A stretch of 64,000 bases of DNA from an uncultured cyanobacterium (GCA_963793425.1 CAWCAG010000007.1:512001-576000), one strand, 5' to 3'. Shown: positions 42,819 to 53,712, numbered from the stretch's first letter. Translations and numbers: made by a program. Notes: generated by a model from the sequence alone, not told the origin.

Positions 42819-42844
42819 TACGGAGGTGATGCTCATTTGGATTC
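42819..42844 (-). promoter_or_regulatory. Putative ECF (SigK-type) autoregulatory promoter GAATCC-N15-CCGTA
   Basis: Minus strand gaatcc-aaatgagcatcacct-ccgta about 90 bp upstream of the sigma ATG. Confidence 0.5.
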
Positions 42845-42896
42845 ATTTACAATCTGAAAGTGATGAAAATTCTTTTATAAGCAAGGAGTTAAACCT

Positions 42897-43475
42897 GTGG
42901 TCAAAACCAGGTCAACGATGTTACCCATCGGGACAAAAGCCCCCGAATTCAACCTTCCAGATACAGTTTCTGGTCAAACCATTTCTTTAGCTAATTTTGC
43001 TGATAGCAAAGCTTTGTTGGTGATGTTTGTTTGCCAACATTGCCCTTTTGTCAAGCGTGTTAAGACAGAATTTACAAGGTTAGGTAAAGACTATGTAAGC
43101 AAGGGAGTGGGGATTGTTGCTATTAGCGCGAATGATGTGGAAAAGCACCCCGATGATTCTCCAGAAAACCTTAAAGCCATGGCAGAAGAATTAGGTTTTA
43201 ATTTTCCTTTTTGCTACGACGAAACCCAGGAAGTGGCAAAAAGTTATACAGCCGCTTGTACGCCAGATTTTTTCCTTTTTGATGGCGATCGCAAGTTGGT
43301 TTATCGAGGTCAACTTGATGATAGTATCCTTGACGAAAGCTTACCAGTGACAGGTAAAGATTTACGCTCAGCTATTGATCAGGTTTTAGCCGGAAAAGAA
43401 ATTACTCTAGAACAAAAACCCAGCCTCGGTTGTAACATCAAATGGAAGCCAGGAAATGAGCCAGCTTATTTTTAA
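42897..43475 (+). CDS. Thioredoxin-family (AhpC/TSA-like) protein
   Basis: MFVCQHCPFV, AACTPDFF, YRGQLDD, GCNIKW. Confidence 0.92.
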   Translation: MVKTRSTMLPIGTKAPEFNLPDTVSGQTISLANFADSKALLVMFVCQHCPFVKRVKTEFTRLGKDYVSKGVGIVAISANDVEKHPDDSPENLKAMAEELGFNFPFCYDETQEVAKSYTAACTPDFFLFDGDRKLVYRGQLDDSILDESLPVTGKDLRSAIDQVLAGKEITLEQKPSLGCNIKWKPGNEPAYF

Positions 43476-43511
43476 ATGACAGCTTTTGTCTAACAGCTTA
43501 GTAATTAGTAA

Positions 43512-44432
43512 ATGACACTGTACGATAATTTTATTGAACAGTTAATGCAACAGCCTGAACTGAATGTAGCTGAGGAAATTTGTAAGCTGGTTGAAAATAA
43601 GATTGAGGTGGGCGATCGCCTTAAGTTCCAACAAGTAGATAAACTCAAAGAATGGTTGGATAGCTTTCGCCCTTTTTCTCCAATTCTTGTGGCAGAATTG
43701 AAAAAAATTTATGATGTTCAATTTACTTACAATTCCAACGCTATTGAAGGTAATACTTTAACCCAAAGTGAAACAGAATTAGTCTTATCAAAAGGAATTA
43801 CTATTGGTGGGAAAACCTTACAAGAACATTTAGAAGTTGTAGGACATCAAGATGCTATTAATTATATTGAAACCTTAGCGAGAAAAGATAGTCTTGTGGG
43901 AGAGTGGGAAATAAAGCAAATTCATAATTTAATTTTAAGAGCGATCGCTCCTGAAGAAGCAGGCAAGTACAGACAACTTGATGTTAAAGCAGCAGGAACT
44001 AGTTATGTTTATCCCGCTCATTATTTGTTACCACAGTTAATGACAGAATTTGTTAGCTGGCTGAATTCAGAAGCAAAACAAACATTGCATCCTATTGAGT
44101 ATGCAACCCTAGCTCATTTTCGCTTTGTTTCTATTCACCCTTTTCGAGATGGTAATGGCAGAACGGCAAGATTATTAATGAATCTTCTTTTACTGCAAAC
44201 TGGATATCCTGTTGTAGTTATTTCTAATCAAATTCGTCATGAATATATTAATGCGGTTGCCCATGGACAACAAAATAAACAGGATATTAAGCTACTTTTA
44301 AATATCATTCTTGATGCCACCTATAAATCTTTGGTAGAAACTTTAACAATTGTGGCAACTGCCAGAGATAGTAGAGGTAAAGGAGAGAATTTTCATGAAG
44401 AAATGATAGGCTTTCTAAAGGTAAGAAATTAA
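43512..44432 (+). CDS. Fic family protein with N-terminal inhibitory motif
   Basis: HPFRDGNGRTAR catalytic loop; SNAIEGN. Confidence 0.93.
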   Translation: MTLYDNFIEQLMQQPELNVAEEICKLVENKIEVGDRLKFQQVDKLKEWLDSFRPFSPILVAELKKIYDVQFTYNSNAIEGNTLTQSETELVLSKGITIGGKTLQEHLEVVGHQDAINYIETLARKDSLVGEWEIKQIHNLILRAIAPEEAGKYRQLDVKAAGTSYVYPAHYLLPQLMTEFVSWLNSEAKQTLHPIEYATLAHFRFVSIHPFRDGNGRTARLLMNLLLLQTGYPVVVISNQIRHEYINAVAHGQQNKQDIKLLLNIILDATYKSLVETLTIVATARDSRGKGENFHEEMIGFLKVRN

Positions 44433-44462
44433 GTTTTGAAAAGCTGATTACCGAGTTTAATA

Positions 44463-45053
44463 ATGAAACTAACTTTATCAATTATGAAAGGAAAACCACT
44501 TTTACTTTTACTCGGATTACTAACCCTTAGTAGCATTAATGTACCTGCATTAAGTCAAGCCAACCCCACCGCAGGAATTCAACGCCCTGTATTACGAATA
44601 GGAAGCCAGGGAGACTACGTATCTCAAGTACAAGCGGCCCTAAAATTATTGGGTTACTACACCGGAGAAGTTAGTGGGATTTATAATGAAAGCACCGTAA
44701 TTGCTGTTTCTCGCTTTCAAGAAGCTGCTAAACTGAATGTTGATGGTATTGTTGGTTTAGCGACTTGGATAAGCCTCTTTCCTGTCACTCCGCCCCAAAA
44801 TAGCACAGCTACAATTCCTAGCAATAACCCAACTGCCACAGCCACCACTTTACCGATTTTAAGGGAAGGGATGCAGGGAGAAGCCGTAGTCAAATTGCAA
44901 AAAAGATTGATAGCACTAGGTTTACTCTCAGGAAGTGCCGATGGCTCTTTTGGACAACAAACTTTAGCTGCTGTTCAAGCGGCCCAAGCAAGTTTTAATT
45001 TAGCAGTAGATGGGGTTGTGGGGGCGGCAACTTGGAGAGCATTATTAAAATAA
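44463..45053 (+). CDS. Exported protein with two peptidoglycan-binding (PG_binding_1) domains
   Basis: Signal peptide; two copies of LR.G..G..V..(L/V)Q..L..LG...G...DG(I/V)VG.ATW. Confidence 0.9.
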   Translation: MKLTLSIMKGKPLLLLLGLLTLSSINVPALSQANPTAGIQRPVLRIGSQGDYVSQVQAALKLLGYYTGEVSGIYNESTVIAVSRFQEAAKLNVDGIVGLATWISLFPVTPPQNSTATIPSNNPTATATTLPILREGMQGEAVVKLQKRLIALGLLSGSADGSFGQQTLAAVQAAQASFNLAVDGVVGAATWRALLK

Positions 45054-45060
45054 ATCACTT

Positions 45061-48000
45061 TTAGTTGTCCTTCCTCACAACACAATTACGCCCTTGCTCC
45101 TTCGCCTCATAAAGCGCTTCATCAGCCCTAGTAATTGACTGTTGTGGCTCTAGGCTGAGATTAGGTACAATTTGAGCAATACCAATACTCAAAGTAACAT
45201 AATTACTTACTGAAGATTGAGCATGGGCAATCTTGAGCTTCTGCAACTCACAACGTAAATTTTCAGCCACCTTCTCTGCCCCTTCAGCATTGGTATTAGG
45301 CAAAATAATTGCAAACTCTTCTCCACCATAACGAGCAACCAAATCAGCAGGGCGATTAACGGCACGAGTCATTGCTTTAGCTAGTTGCTTAAGGCATTCA
45401 TCCCCTGCTTGATGACCATAGGTATCGTTATAAAGTTTAAAGTAATCTACATCGCATAATAGCAAAGCTAGGGGCTGTTTTTCCCTAGCTAACCTTTGCC
45501 ATTCCGAATTTAGATACTCATCAAACTGACGACGATTTGCTACTTGAGTCAAACCATCTAGGGTTGCTAAACGGTGTAATTGCTTATTGGCCTCTTCTAA
45601 CTGCTGATATAATTGCCCTTGATGGATGGCGATCGCCACTTGAGTTGCTAATTGTTTAAGCAATTTTATATCCGTAGACTGCCAAACTCTAGGGCTACGA
45701 CAATGGTGAGCAATCATTAATCCCCATAATTGTTCTCCGTTTAAGATCGGTACTACCAAATTAGCTTTAACTTGAAAACTAGCTAACATTTCTAGATAGC
45801 AAGGGTCAATACCCGCTTCTTGAACATTATTAATGGTAGCTATTTTTCCTTGGCGATAGAGAGGAACAGATTTTGCCCGGAAACAAGGATCATCAATGCT
45901 TGCTCCTAACATTGATATCCAGGGGCTTTCCACCGATTCAACGGCTACCTTGCCATCCCAATCAGAAGAAAATTCGTAAAGAATAACCCGATCCGTTTGC
46001 AAAAATTCTCTGATTTGCGTGACTGTAATGTTGAGAATTTCCCCTAAATTTAAAGAAGAGAGGATTTGCTGAGCAATTTTAGCAATTAACTGTTCTCTGT
46101 TTGCTTGTTGAACAATTATTTCTAATTGTTGGTTGGAGGTGTTAAGTTGTTCGTAAGTTTGTTGAGAAGTAAATTGCTCTTTGCTTTCATTGTTTATAGG
46201 TACACTTTTGCGTAGATATTCCTGAGCTTTGTGAGCTGGTAAAGGTTCACTAAAAAGATAACCTTGCACTAAATCACAATTGAGGGAACGCAGAAATTCC
46301 AACTGTTGAAGGTTTTCCACCCCTTCAGCAATCACTCGCAAGTTTAGCTTTTGCCCTAATGTTACTACTGCTCTAATAATTGCTGCATCTGTTTTATCAG
46401 CAATGGAATCTTTCACGAAACACTGATCGATTTTCAAAGTATTGAGGGGAAAATACTTCACTGAGTTAAGGGAAGAATAGCCAACACCAAAATCATCAAT
46501 AGCAATTTGCATACCCATTTGTCGCAGTTGATGCAAGGTGCGAGTTGTAAACTCTACATCTTGCATAGCAGTTGTTTCGGTAATCTCAATTTCTAAATAG
46601 GCAGGATTCATACCTGTTTCAACTAAGATAGCGACCAAATCATCAACTAAAGCAGGTTGATTAAACTGGCGGGCGGATAAATTAACAGCAACTCTGATGT
46701 TACCAAAGCCTTCTTTTTGCCAATGTACCTGTTGCTGACAAGCTTCTTTAATAACCCATTCTCCTAATTCACAAATTAAATCAGTTTCTTCAGCAAAAGG
46801 AATAAATTGATTAGGAGAGACAAAGCCCCGCACAGGATGCTGCCAGCGAATTAAAGCTTCCATAGCCACAGCTTGACCTGTTTTAAGATCAATTTGGGGT
46901 TGATAATAGAGAATAAATTCGTTTTTTAGTAAAGAAGAGCGTAAATCTGCTTCAATACTGAGGGAATTGAGGGGAGGGTGAAGAGAAGGAGAGTACATTT
47001 GGTAAGTATTTTTTCCTTGCTGCTTAGCACTATACATGGCAGCTTCTGCATTCAAGAGTATAGTTTCGACATCAGAGCCATCGTAGGGGGCAAGGGCAAC
47101 ACCCAAACTTGCTGTTATATAAACCGGTTGCTCTCCCAAAGAAAAAGGCTTGCTTAAGCAAGCTTGAATTTGCTGGGTTTTTGTTTCTATTACCTCTCCC
47201 GTAGCACCTTTAATATTCCGTAGCAAGAAAACAAACTCATCTGCTGCCCAATGAGCCATCACATCTTCTTCTTCTAGGGTTTGCTGCAATCTTTTAGCTA
47301 CTAGCTGTAATAGTTTATCCCCGAAAGCATGGCCGAGGGCTTTATTTACCTGCTTAAATCTATCTAAATCCAAAAACATCACCACCATCAATTCCCCTGT
47401 ACGATTAGCGTTTAACAAAGCCAGGGAAAGTTGTTTGCTGAATAGTTGGCGATTAGGTAAAAGAGTCAAAGAATCTCGCTCAGCTTGAAGCTTTAAGGTT
47501 GATTCTAATTGCTGCTGACGGTTGGTTGTATAAATACGCTCAGCAATTAGTCTTGCCAATTGTAAATGGTTGTCACTCCAAGGTTGAGACTGATTTTTCT
47601 TGATTTCTTTCCAAGGTAAAAAGGATTGGCGGGGGCGGTGGTTGGGTGCAGAGTTTTGATTGCCAGCCCAAATTATTTCTGTATCGTATCCTGGACGGAA
47701 AATACTCAGATAGCCTGTATTTTCTGAATTATTTTGCAAAGAAATGATTAAAATTGATTGGATAGAAGTTGCGGCAAAAGACTGGTAGAAAGAAGTAAGC
47801 TGAGGAACAATTTGAGAGCTTGAATCCAATACATAGTAAGGAAAATGCTCCGCTTGCTTAGAGACATTTTGCAGACAATCAACAACTAAATAATTCCAAT
47901 CAGAGGTTTTTTCTAATTGGTCAATCTCTGGTTGCTCTCCAGAAGTATAACTCTGTTCTGCTTGTTTGAATTCATCTACTAGATATAACCTGCCTCCACA

Positions 48001-48663
48001 GCCATCTAAGGCAGAGACGGTAAAATCTAACACCATTTGCCAAGTTTCTTGGGATGGTGAAGTTGCCAAAAAACTACTAACTTGAGCAATAATAGCTTCC
48101 TGACTTGCTAAGGCACGAGATTGAGCTTCCAATCTTTCTCCTGCAATTACTAAAGATAAACGTTCTAAAAGTAGCTCGATTTCTGAGAAAAGAGCTTCTT
48201 GCCACTGTCGAGGAGAGCGATGGTGAATAGCTAACAACCCCCAAAGTTCTCTACCATCAAAAATAGGCAAGGTAGCCGATGATTTTATGCCTAAGCTGTG
48301 TAAGTATTCTAAATGACAGGGATCAACAGAATGATAACTTTGCTGAAGATTTACTCCCGTCGATTCTGTTTTTGAGCGAGCTAAGGCAGTATCAACTATA
48401 ACTCTTCCCCTAGAAGCTATTAATTTGTCACGGGCTGAGGGAGGTATATCTTCAGCAGGAAAGTGTAAGCCCAGCAAGGAAGGCAATTTGTTGTCCCGTA
48501 TCGATTCAGCAATAACTATCCCTGTCCCATCAGCCTCAAAGCGATAAATCTTAACCCGATCTACTTCTAATAAAGAGTTAACTTCTTCAACAATAAGGTC
48601 AAGTATTTCTTGTAAAGAACTTGGTTTTTTGAGAATATTATTCAAACTTCTAGAGGGGAACAT
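45061..48663 (-). CDS. cph2: Cph2-type photoreceptor: GAF-GAF-GGDEF(degenerate)-EAL-CBCR GAF-GGDEF
   Basis: GAF1 FPAEDIP and VDPCH (bilin Cys); degenerate WAADEF; EAL with [12 protein letters not shown]3 DPCF plus CY; RPAD...YGGEEF. Confidence 0.88.
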   Translation of the reverse strand: MFPSRSLNNILKKPSSLQEILDLIVEEVNSLLEVDRVKIYRFEADGTGIVIAESIRDNKLPSLLGLHFPAEDIPPSARDKLIASRGRVIVDTALARSKTESTGVNLQQSYHSVDPCHLEYLHSLGIKSSATLPIFDGRELWGLLAIHHRSPRQWQEALFSEIELLLERLSLVIAGERLEAQSRALASQEAIIAQVSSFLATSPSQETWQMVLDFTVSALDGCGGRLYLVDEFKQAEQSYTSGEQPEIDQLEKTSDWNYLVVDCLQNVSKQAEHFPYYVLDSSSQIVPQLTSFYQSFAATSIQSILIISLQNNSENTGYLSIFRPGYDTEIIWAGNQNSAPNHRPRQSFLPWKEIKKNQSQPWSDNHLQLARLIAERIYTTNRQQQLESTLKLQAERDSLTLLPNRQLFSKQLSLALLNANRTGELMVVMFLDLDRFKQVNKALGHAFGDKLLQLVAKRLQQTLEEEDVMAHWAADEFVFLLRNIKGATGEVIETKTQQIQACLSKPFSLGEQPVYITASLGVALAPYDGSDVETILLNAEAAMYSAKQQGKNTYQMYSPSLHPPLNSLSIEADLRSSLLKNEFILYYQPQIDLKTGQAVAMEALIRWQHPVRGFVSPNQFIPFAEETDLICELGEWVIKEACQQQVHWQKEGFGNIRVAVNLSARQFNQPALVDDLVAILVETGMNPAYLEIEITETTAMQDVEFTTRTLHQLRQMGMQIAIDDFGVGYSSLNSVKYFPLNTLKIDQCFVKDSIADKTDAAIIRAVVTLGQKLNLRVIAEGVENLQQLEFLRSLNCDLVQGYLFSEPLPAHKAQEYLRKSVPINNESKEQFTSQQTYEQLNTSNQQLEIIVQQANREQLIAKIAQQILSSLNLGEILNITVTQIREFLQTDRVILYEFSSDWDGKVAVESVESPWISMLGASIDDPCFRAKSVPLYRQGKIATINNVQEAGIDPCYLEMLASFQVKANLVVPILNGEQLWGLMIAHHCRSPRVWQSTDIKLLKQLATQVAIAIHQGQLYQQLEEANKQLHRLATLDGLTQVANRRQFDEYLNSEWQRLAREKQPLALLLCDVDYFKLYNDTYGHQAGDECLKQLAKAMTRAVNRPADLVARYGGEEFAIILPNTNAEGAEKVAENLRCELQKLKIAHAQSSVSNYVTLSIGIAQIVPNLSLEPQQSITRADEALYEAKEQGRNCVVRKDN

Positions 48664-48946
48664 AGAGAGCTATCGAGGAATCTCACTAACTGGGTTAAAT
48701 ATAGCTATTTCACTTATATTAACAACTATTAAGAACATTTTATTTCCTCTTTGGGGTAGACATTATGTTCTCCTTTAGGCTTAATATAGACTCTGCTCTT
48801 ATGGGCAAGATTTATTTTTTCTCAAAAAAATTACCTTGGTTATATGTTTGTCAAAAAACTTAGTTAAATGTTATTAATTAAGCAACAATTGTCTTGTTAT
48901 CACCAGGTTGTCTACTAAGGTCAAAAAAATCGAGATTGACTGACAG

Positions 48947-49840
48947 ATGACAAACCTTAACCATAAGCAGAGATTAAAAAGATTAAGTAAGAGTCTATTA
49001 GAGAATAGCTGTCAAATAATTCAGGTGCATGAGCCAAATTTTACCCGTACTTTTTATGGATATCTTTTCGATATTCATCCTGAATTAAAGCCCCTATCCA
49101 CTCATACTAACTTAAGCAAACAAGAAAGCCTACTCTTAGATTTCTTAGCTTTTTTCACTCAAAACCTATCAAATCCGGATCTTTTGATAGCTCATTTGAA
49201 AGGGCTAGGAGCAAGACACGTCAAATATGGAGTTAGACCAGAATATTATCCTCTTTTCGGCTCTGCTTTACTCAATACTTTTACCCAGTATTTCAAGAAA
49301 AACTGGACAGAAGAATTAGACCAAGCCTGGCTAGATGCTTATCACGCTATTACTGCTTTAATGCTGGCAGGAGCCGAGTATGATCCTGAAGTTTTACTTA
49401 TCAAAAAAAACTCTAAAGAAATTTCAGAAAAACAATCTTATTCTCCAGAAGAGCTTATTCAAATCAGCTTTTCAGAACTCAAGCCTTCCTTACAAGAATT
49501 TGTACGTGTTTTCTATAAAAATCTTTTCGTAAGCTATCCCGAAATAACTATTTTGTTTACTAATACTTTTATGATTAAACAAGAAAAAGTATTAATTACT
49601 TCTCTATGTTTTGTGGTTAAAAACCTTACTAAACCTGAACTACTTGAAGCTAAATTGAAGGGACTAGGAGCAAGACATATCAAGTATAGAGTATTACCAG
49701 AATACTATCCACTTTTTAGTCATATTTTACTAAAGACTTTGGCTCAGTACTTAAAAGGAAACTGGACAGTAGAAGTAGAAAGAGCCTGGTTAGATTCTTA
49801 TAATCTCATTACTTCTCTAATGCTACAAGAAAAGGAATAA
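48947..49840 (+). CDS. Tandem two-domain globin (no reductase or output domain)
   Basis: Two copies of FY..LF...PE...KQE...LKGLGARH.KY.V.PEYYPLF...WT.E...AWLD.Y. Confidence 0.85.
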   Translation: MTNLNHKQRLKRLSKSLLENSCQIIQVHEPNFTRTFYGYLFDIHPELKPLSTHTNLSKQESLLLDFLAFFTQNLSNPDLLIAHLKGLGARHVKYGVRPEYYPLFGSALLNTFTQYFKKNWTEELDQAWLDAYHAITALMLAGAEYDPEVLLIKKNSKEISEKQSYSPEELIQISFSELKPSLQEFVRVFYKNLFVSYPEITILFTNTFMIKQEKVLITSLCFVVKNLTKPELLEAKLKGLGARHIKYRVLPEYYPLFSHILLKTLAQYLKGNWTVEVERAWLDSYNLITSLMLQEKE

Positions 49841-49847
49841 CTCGTTT

Positions 49848-50399
49848 CTAATTCAAATAAGTTGTACTAGTAGGATGGTTGTATAAAGGAGCAAGTAACC
49901 AAGAAACCAGAGAACGCTCTTTGTAATCTACGGTTAAATAAGCTTTACTAATATTAATTGTTGTTTCTGATTTCTTAGCACTACTTAAATTAGCACCTCG
50001 TAAATCAGTACCAGTTAAATCAGCACCGCTCAAATCAGCACCAGTTAAATCAGCACCAGTTAAATCAGCACCGCTCAAATCAACCCCTCGTAAATCAGCA
50101 CTCCTTAAATTCGCTCCCCTCAGATCCGCTTCACTCAAATCTGCCGCAGTAAATTCTGCATAACTTAAATTAGCACGACTCAAATTAGCACCACTCAAAT
50201 TAGCCCCTTCAAAAATAGCTAGCTTGAGATTAGCTTGGCAAAAATTAATTCTTCTTAAGTTAAGCCAACTAAAGTTTTCATCACTAAAATTGAGTTGCTT
50301 AAAATCATATTCTCCGGCAGAATATCGCTGTAACAGCTCTGGAAGAGAAATTTTTTTCAAGTTATTTTTAGTAGCAGCACCTTCTTGTAGAAACACCAT
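49848..50399 (-). CDS. Pentapeptide repeat protein
   Basis: A(D/N)LxG repeats; ELLQRYSAGE.DF N-cap. Confidence 0.9.
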   Translation of the reverse strand: MVFLQEGAATKNNLKKISLPELLQRYSAGEYDFKQLNFSDENFSWLNLRRINFCQANLKLAIFEGANLSGANLSRANLSYAEFTAADLSEADLRGANLRSADLRGVDLSGADLTGADLTGADLSGADLTGTDLRGANLSSAKKSETTINISKAYLTVDYKERSLVSWLLAPLYNHPTSTTYLN

Positions 50400-50490
50400 A
50401 AAAACTTCCAGTTAATTTGAGGGTTTGTTTATTTTCTCAGTATGGAAGATAAAGATTCGCGATCACGTTCGCGTTGATGTATAACTTGTT

Positions 50491-51231
50491 TCAAACAACT
50501 TCTAGCTCATCCAAACTAGCGATCGCTACATCAGCTTTGTCTAAACAAGCAGTTTGAGCCTCTCCCCAACAAATCCCAATAGTCCCTGCTGCTCCTGCCT
50601 TAGAAGCCATTTCAATATCTCCTGCTGAATCTCCTATCATTAAAGTTTGTGCTGCTTCTACCCCCAAAGCATCACAAGCTTGTAAAAATAGAGCAGGATC
50701 TGGCTTGCTTAGCCCCTGGGTTTCCACTCCCATACCCAGTTGAATATAAGCAGAAAGTTGGTGACGTTCTATAAAAGCTTTTACCCCAGCAGTAGAATCA
50801 GCAGAGAGAATTGCCAATTTTAAATTAGCTTCAGCCAGAAACTTCAACACTTCCAAGCTACCAGCAAACAGAGGAGAAGTATCTGTATTTCCTTTGAGGT
50901 AGCGCTCTGCTTCTTCAAAAGCAGAATGAGCAATTTCTAAAGATTCAAACCACCCTCTCCCCGTTTCAGCAATATAAGCTGCTGTCGCAATTTCATTGTC
51001 TCTGCGACTTCCCACCGCCATCAAACCAGTAGGATCTAGTTGAGCATCCAAAATACCAAAAGCCATTAGTAAAGGCTCCCCAATACCAGGAATTTGAGCA
51101 TCAACCATGCGCGCTCTTCTCTGCCCTAATTCTCGCAAAAAGTTTTGAGAATTTTCTAAAGTCCCATCTTTGTCAAAGATAATGGCTTTGATGTTAGTAA
51201 ATGTCACATCCTGACAGCGAATAGTTGTCAT
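50491..51231 (-). CDS. HAD family hydrolase
   Basis: IIFDKDGTL, SKPDP, MIGDS..D. Confidence 0.92.
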   Translation of the reverse strand: MTTIRCQDVTFTNIKAIIFDKDGTLENSQNFLRELGQRRARMVDAQIPGIGEPLLMAFGILDAQLDPTGLMAVGSRRDNEIATAAYIAETGRGWFESLEIAHSAFEEAERYLKGNTDTSPLFAGSLEVLKFLAEANLKLAILSADSTAGVKAFIERHQLSAYIQLGMGVETQGLSKPDPALFLQACDALGVEAAQTLMIGDSAGDIEMASKAGAAGTIGICWGEAQTACLDKADVAIASLDELEVV

Positions 51232-51262
51232 TTTAATTTTCCTTGCTAAATTTTATCAACAC

Positions 51263-51289
51263 AAAAAAAAGAGGGTTTTCCCTCTTTTT
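51263..51289 (-). terminator. Rho-independent terminator after rpsA (potentially bidirectional)
   Basis: aaaaaaaagaggg-tttt-ccctcttttt. Confidence 0.8.
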
Positions 51290-51371
51290 AGATAAGATTG
51301 GATATTTCTATGGTTGCAAAGCATTGAGCTTAACACCCTAATTGCAGAAATATCCCCAAAGCTAATTGTTG

Positions 51372-52478
51372 TTACTCTTCCACTGCTACAACAGCTTCTT
51401 CAGTTGAACTTTCTCCAGACTCAGAATCAGACTCAGAATCATTGTTATCTGCAACTGCTTCTGGTTCTGCAACTGCCTCTGGCTCTGCAACTGCCTCTGG
51501 TTCCGCAACTACCTCTGGCTCTGCAACTGCTTCTGGCTCTATGGTTTCCTCCGGTTCTACAACTGCCTCTGGTTCTGAACTTTGAAGCATTTTTTGACGA
51601 TATTTTTCTGCCATTTCCTCAGCTTTCTCAAAAACCAAGTTCGGGTTTTTGAGCATATCACCAGGTTCTGGCTCTAGCTGCTTGGTAGAAAGAGAAATTC
51701 TGCCCCTTTCTGCATCTAGATCAATAATCATCACCTTCAATTCATCATTGACACCAAAGACACTATGGGGAGTATCGATATGATCGTGGGATATTTCTGA
51801 GATGTGTAACAAGCCGCTGACACCACCAATATCGATGAAAGCTCCGTAGGGTTTGATTCCTCGTACAGAACCAATCACAACTTCCCCTACTTGCAAACCA
51901 TTCATCTTCCTTTCTACTAAGGCGCGACGATGGCTAAGAACTAAACGATTACGATCTTCATCCACTTCCAAGAATTTAAGAGGTAGTTCCTGGGCGACTA
52001 AATCTTCTTTCGGCTGTCGCGTGCTGATGTGAGAGCCAGGAATAAAGCCTCGTAATCCTTCAATACGTACTAAGGCTCCTCCTCTATTCGTAGCGAATAC
52101 GGCTGAGCGTACTGTAGCATCTTCATTTTGGAGTTGACGTACTCGCTCCCAAGCTCGCATATATTCTATGCGGCGAATAGAGAGAGTTAACTGCCCATCT
52201 TCATTCTCATCAGTTAGAATAAAGAATTCCCTCGTCTCATCAGATTGCAAGACTTCATTGGGATCGTCAACTCGGTTAATTGACATCTCTTGAATGGGAA
52301 TGTAGGCAGCAGTTTTCGCACCAATGTCAATCAAAGCGCCCCTTGGTTCCATACTAAATACGGTTCCAGCGACAATATCTCCCGGACTAAAGTGATAGTC
52401 ATATTTGTCTAAAAGGGCGGCAAAATCCTCATGAGTAAAACCAATATCTTTATTAACAGTTGTTTGCTGACTGACCAT
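51372..52478 (-). CDS. rpsA: 30S ribosomal protein S1
   Basis: DFAALLDKYDYHF, three S1 domains, GLLHISEISH. Confidence 0.97.
   Translation of the reverse strand: MVSQQTTVNKDIGFTHEDFAALLDKYDYHFSPGDIVAGTVFSMEPRGALIDIGAKTAAYIPIQEMSINRVDDPNEVLQSDETREFFILTDENEDGQLTLSIRRIEYMRAWERVRQLQNEDATVRSAVFATNRGGALVRIEGLRGFIPGSHISTRQPKEDLVAQELPLKFLEVDEDRNRLVLSHRRALVERKMNGLQVGEVVIGSVRGIKPYGAFIDIGGVSGLLHISEISHDHIDTPHSVFGVNDELKVMIIDLDAERGRISLSTKQLEPEPGDMLKNPNLVFEKAEEMAEKYRQKMLQSSEPEAVVEPEETIEPEAVAEPEVVAEPEAVAEPEAVAEPEAVADNNDSESDSESGESSTEEAVVAVEE
51450..51575 (-). repeat. Seven 18-bp tandem units encoding (EPEAVA)n in the S1 C-terminal tail
   Basis: EPEAVV EPEETI EPEAVA EPEVVA EPEAVA EPEAVA EPEAVA. Confidence 0.9.
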
Positions 52479-53055
52479 GTGCGTTCAAATTCCTAGTTGT
52501 TATCTCCGTAGTTACTTTGTCTTGATTGCGATGTACGCTCAACCTTTCTTAAATAAGACCTGCACCTATCACTCTCATTATGCCTTTAGTTTTGGAATTC
52601 TTGGTTAAGAAGAGTTTCCTACACGAACCGGACTTAGCAGCCTTAGTTGGCAGTTGTTTCGGCAATGCTTCTTAACTCTATGGTAGAGCGCCGAAGAGGG
52701 CAAAGCTTGTACCTCTTTCAAATGGTTTGATTCTTAAGTTTTTGCTTTGCTGTTACTACACTAACTAGAAAGGATAGTTTAAACTATATCTTTAACTAAG
52801 GTAGCTCCAGTATCTAACGAGCCAAAATTAAATATTTGCTATTCACCACAAAACAACATCCCTCCCTAGAGATTTTGTGAGAATTACTTCGGCTAATAAT
52901 TTAGACCTAAGCTCAAGTATTTTTTCAAGGCAGGATGCAGGATTAGATATTTTTAGCAAAAAATTGTGAACCAACCAAGGACACAGAGTTACCATTGTAA
53001 CTTAAAAGTAGCTACAAAATAACTAATCTTTGAGGTAAAAATTCAATCTTAGCCC

Positions 53056-53592
53056 TTAAGAAGATGTCATCATTGAATTAGAAAGATCACTATTTGCTGT
53101 TTCTGATGAGGTGGAGTGCCAACTTTCTGATGTATCATTAGCTTCATTCTTGAGTTGATTTAATGTTTCGACGAAATCTTTGATGCCTTGAAATTGGCGA
53201 TATACTGAAGCGAAACGTACATAAGCAACTTCATTTTCTTGGCTTAGGTACTTAAGTACTAATTCACCAATTTCATAACTAGCAATTTCCCTTCCTGAGC
53301 GCTGTTGAATTTGAGTTTCAAGATCGTCAACTAGCTCTTCTATTTGTTGATGGGTAACAACAGTTTTTTCGCAAGCTCTAACAATTCCTCTCAAAAGCTT
53401 AGAACGAGCAAAAGATTCCTTGCTCCCATCTCGTTTATGCACTGTTATGGGTACAAACTCAATACGTTCGTAGGTAGTGAAACGATTTTTGCACAGCAGG
53501 CATTCCCGTCTTCGTCTTACACTTTGACCCCTTTCCGTAGAGCGAGATTCTAAGACGCGGCTATCTGTATGCTGGCAAGAAGGACACTGCAT
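53056..53592 (-). CDS. nrdR: Transcriptional repressor NrdR
   Basis: MQCPSC...SRVLESR...[18 protein letters not shown] cone; [10 protein letters not shown]. Confidence 0.97.
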   Translation of the reverse strand: MQCPSCQHTDSRVLESRSTERGQSVRRRRECLLCKNRFTTYERIEFVPITVHKRDGSKESFARSKLLRGIVRACEKTVVTHQQIEELVDDLETQIQQRSGREIASYEIGELVLKYLSQENEVAYVRFASVYRQFQGIKDFVETLNQLKNEANDTSESWHSTSSETANSDLSNSMMTSS

Positions 53593-53648
53593 AATCGTAG
53601 TCCAGGAAAGGAAGAGGAAATAAATGTATTGGTAATCAAATACAAAAA

Positions 53649-53712
53649 CCTGAGCCGCGCTGTTTTTTACTCCTTCTCTTTTTTGAGAACTAACAAAAAA
53701 CTCCGGCTCAGG
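53649..53712. terminator. Long stem-loop between psbT and nrdR
   Basis: cctgagccg...gttttt...ttctc-tttttt-gagaa...aaaaaac..cggctcagg nested inverted repeats. Confidence 0.5.

Noticed and set aside
49980..50240. 15-bp periodic DNA repeats
   Set aside because: Fully explained by pentapeptide-repeat coding
51314..51652. 112-aa Leu/Gln/Pro repeat ORF on the plus strand
   Set aside because: Antisense shadow of the EPEAVA repeats in rpsA
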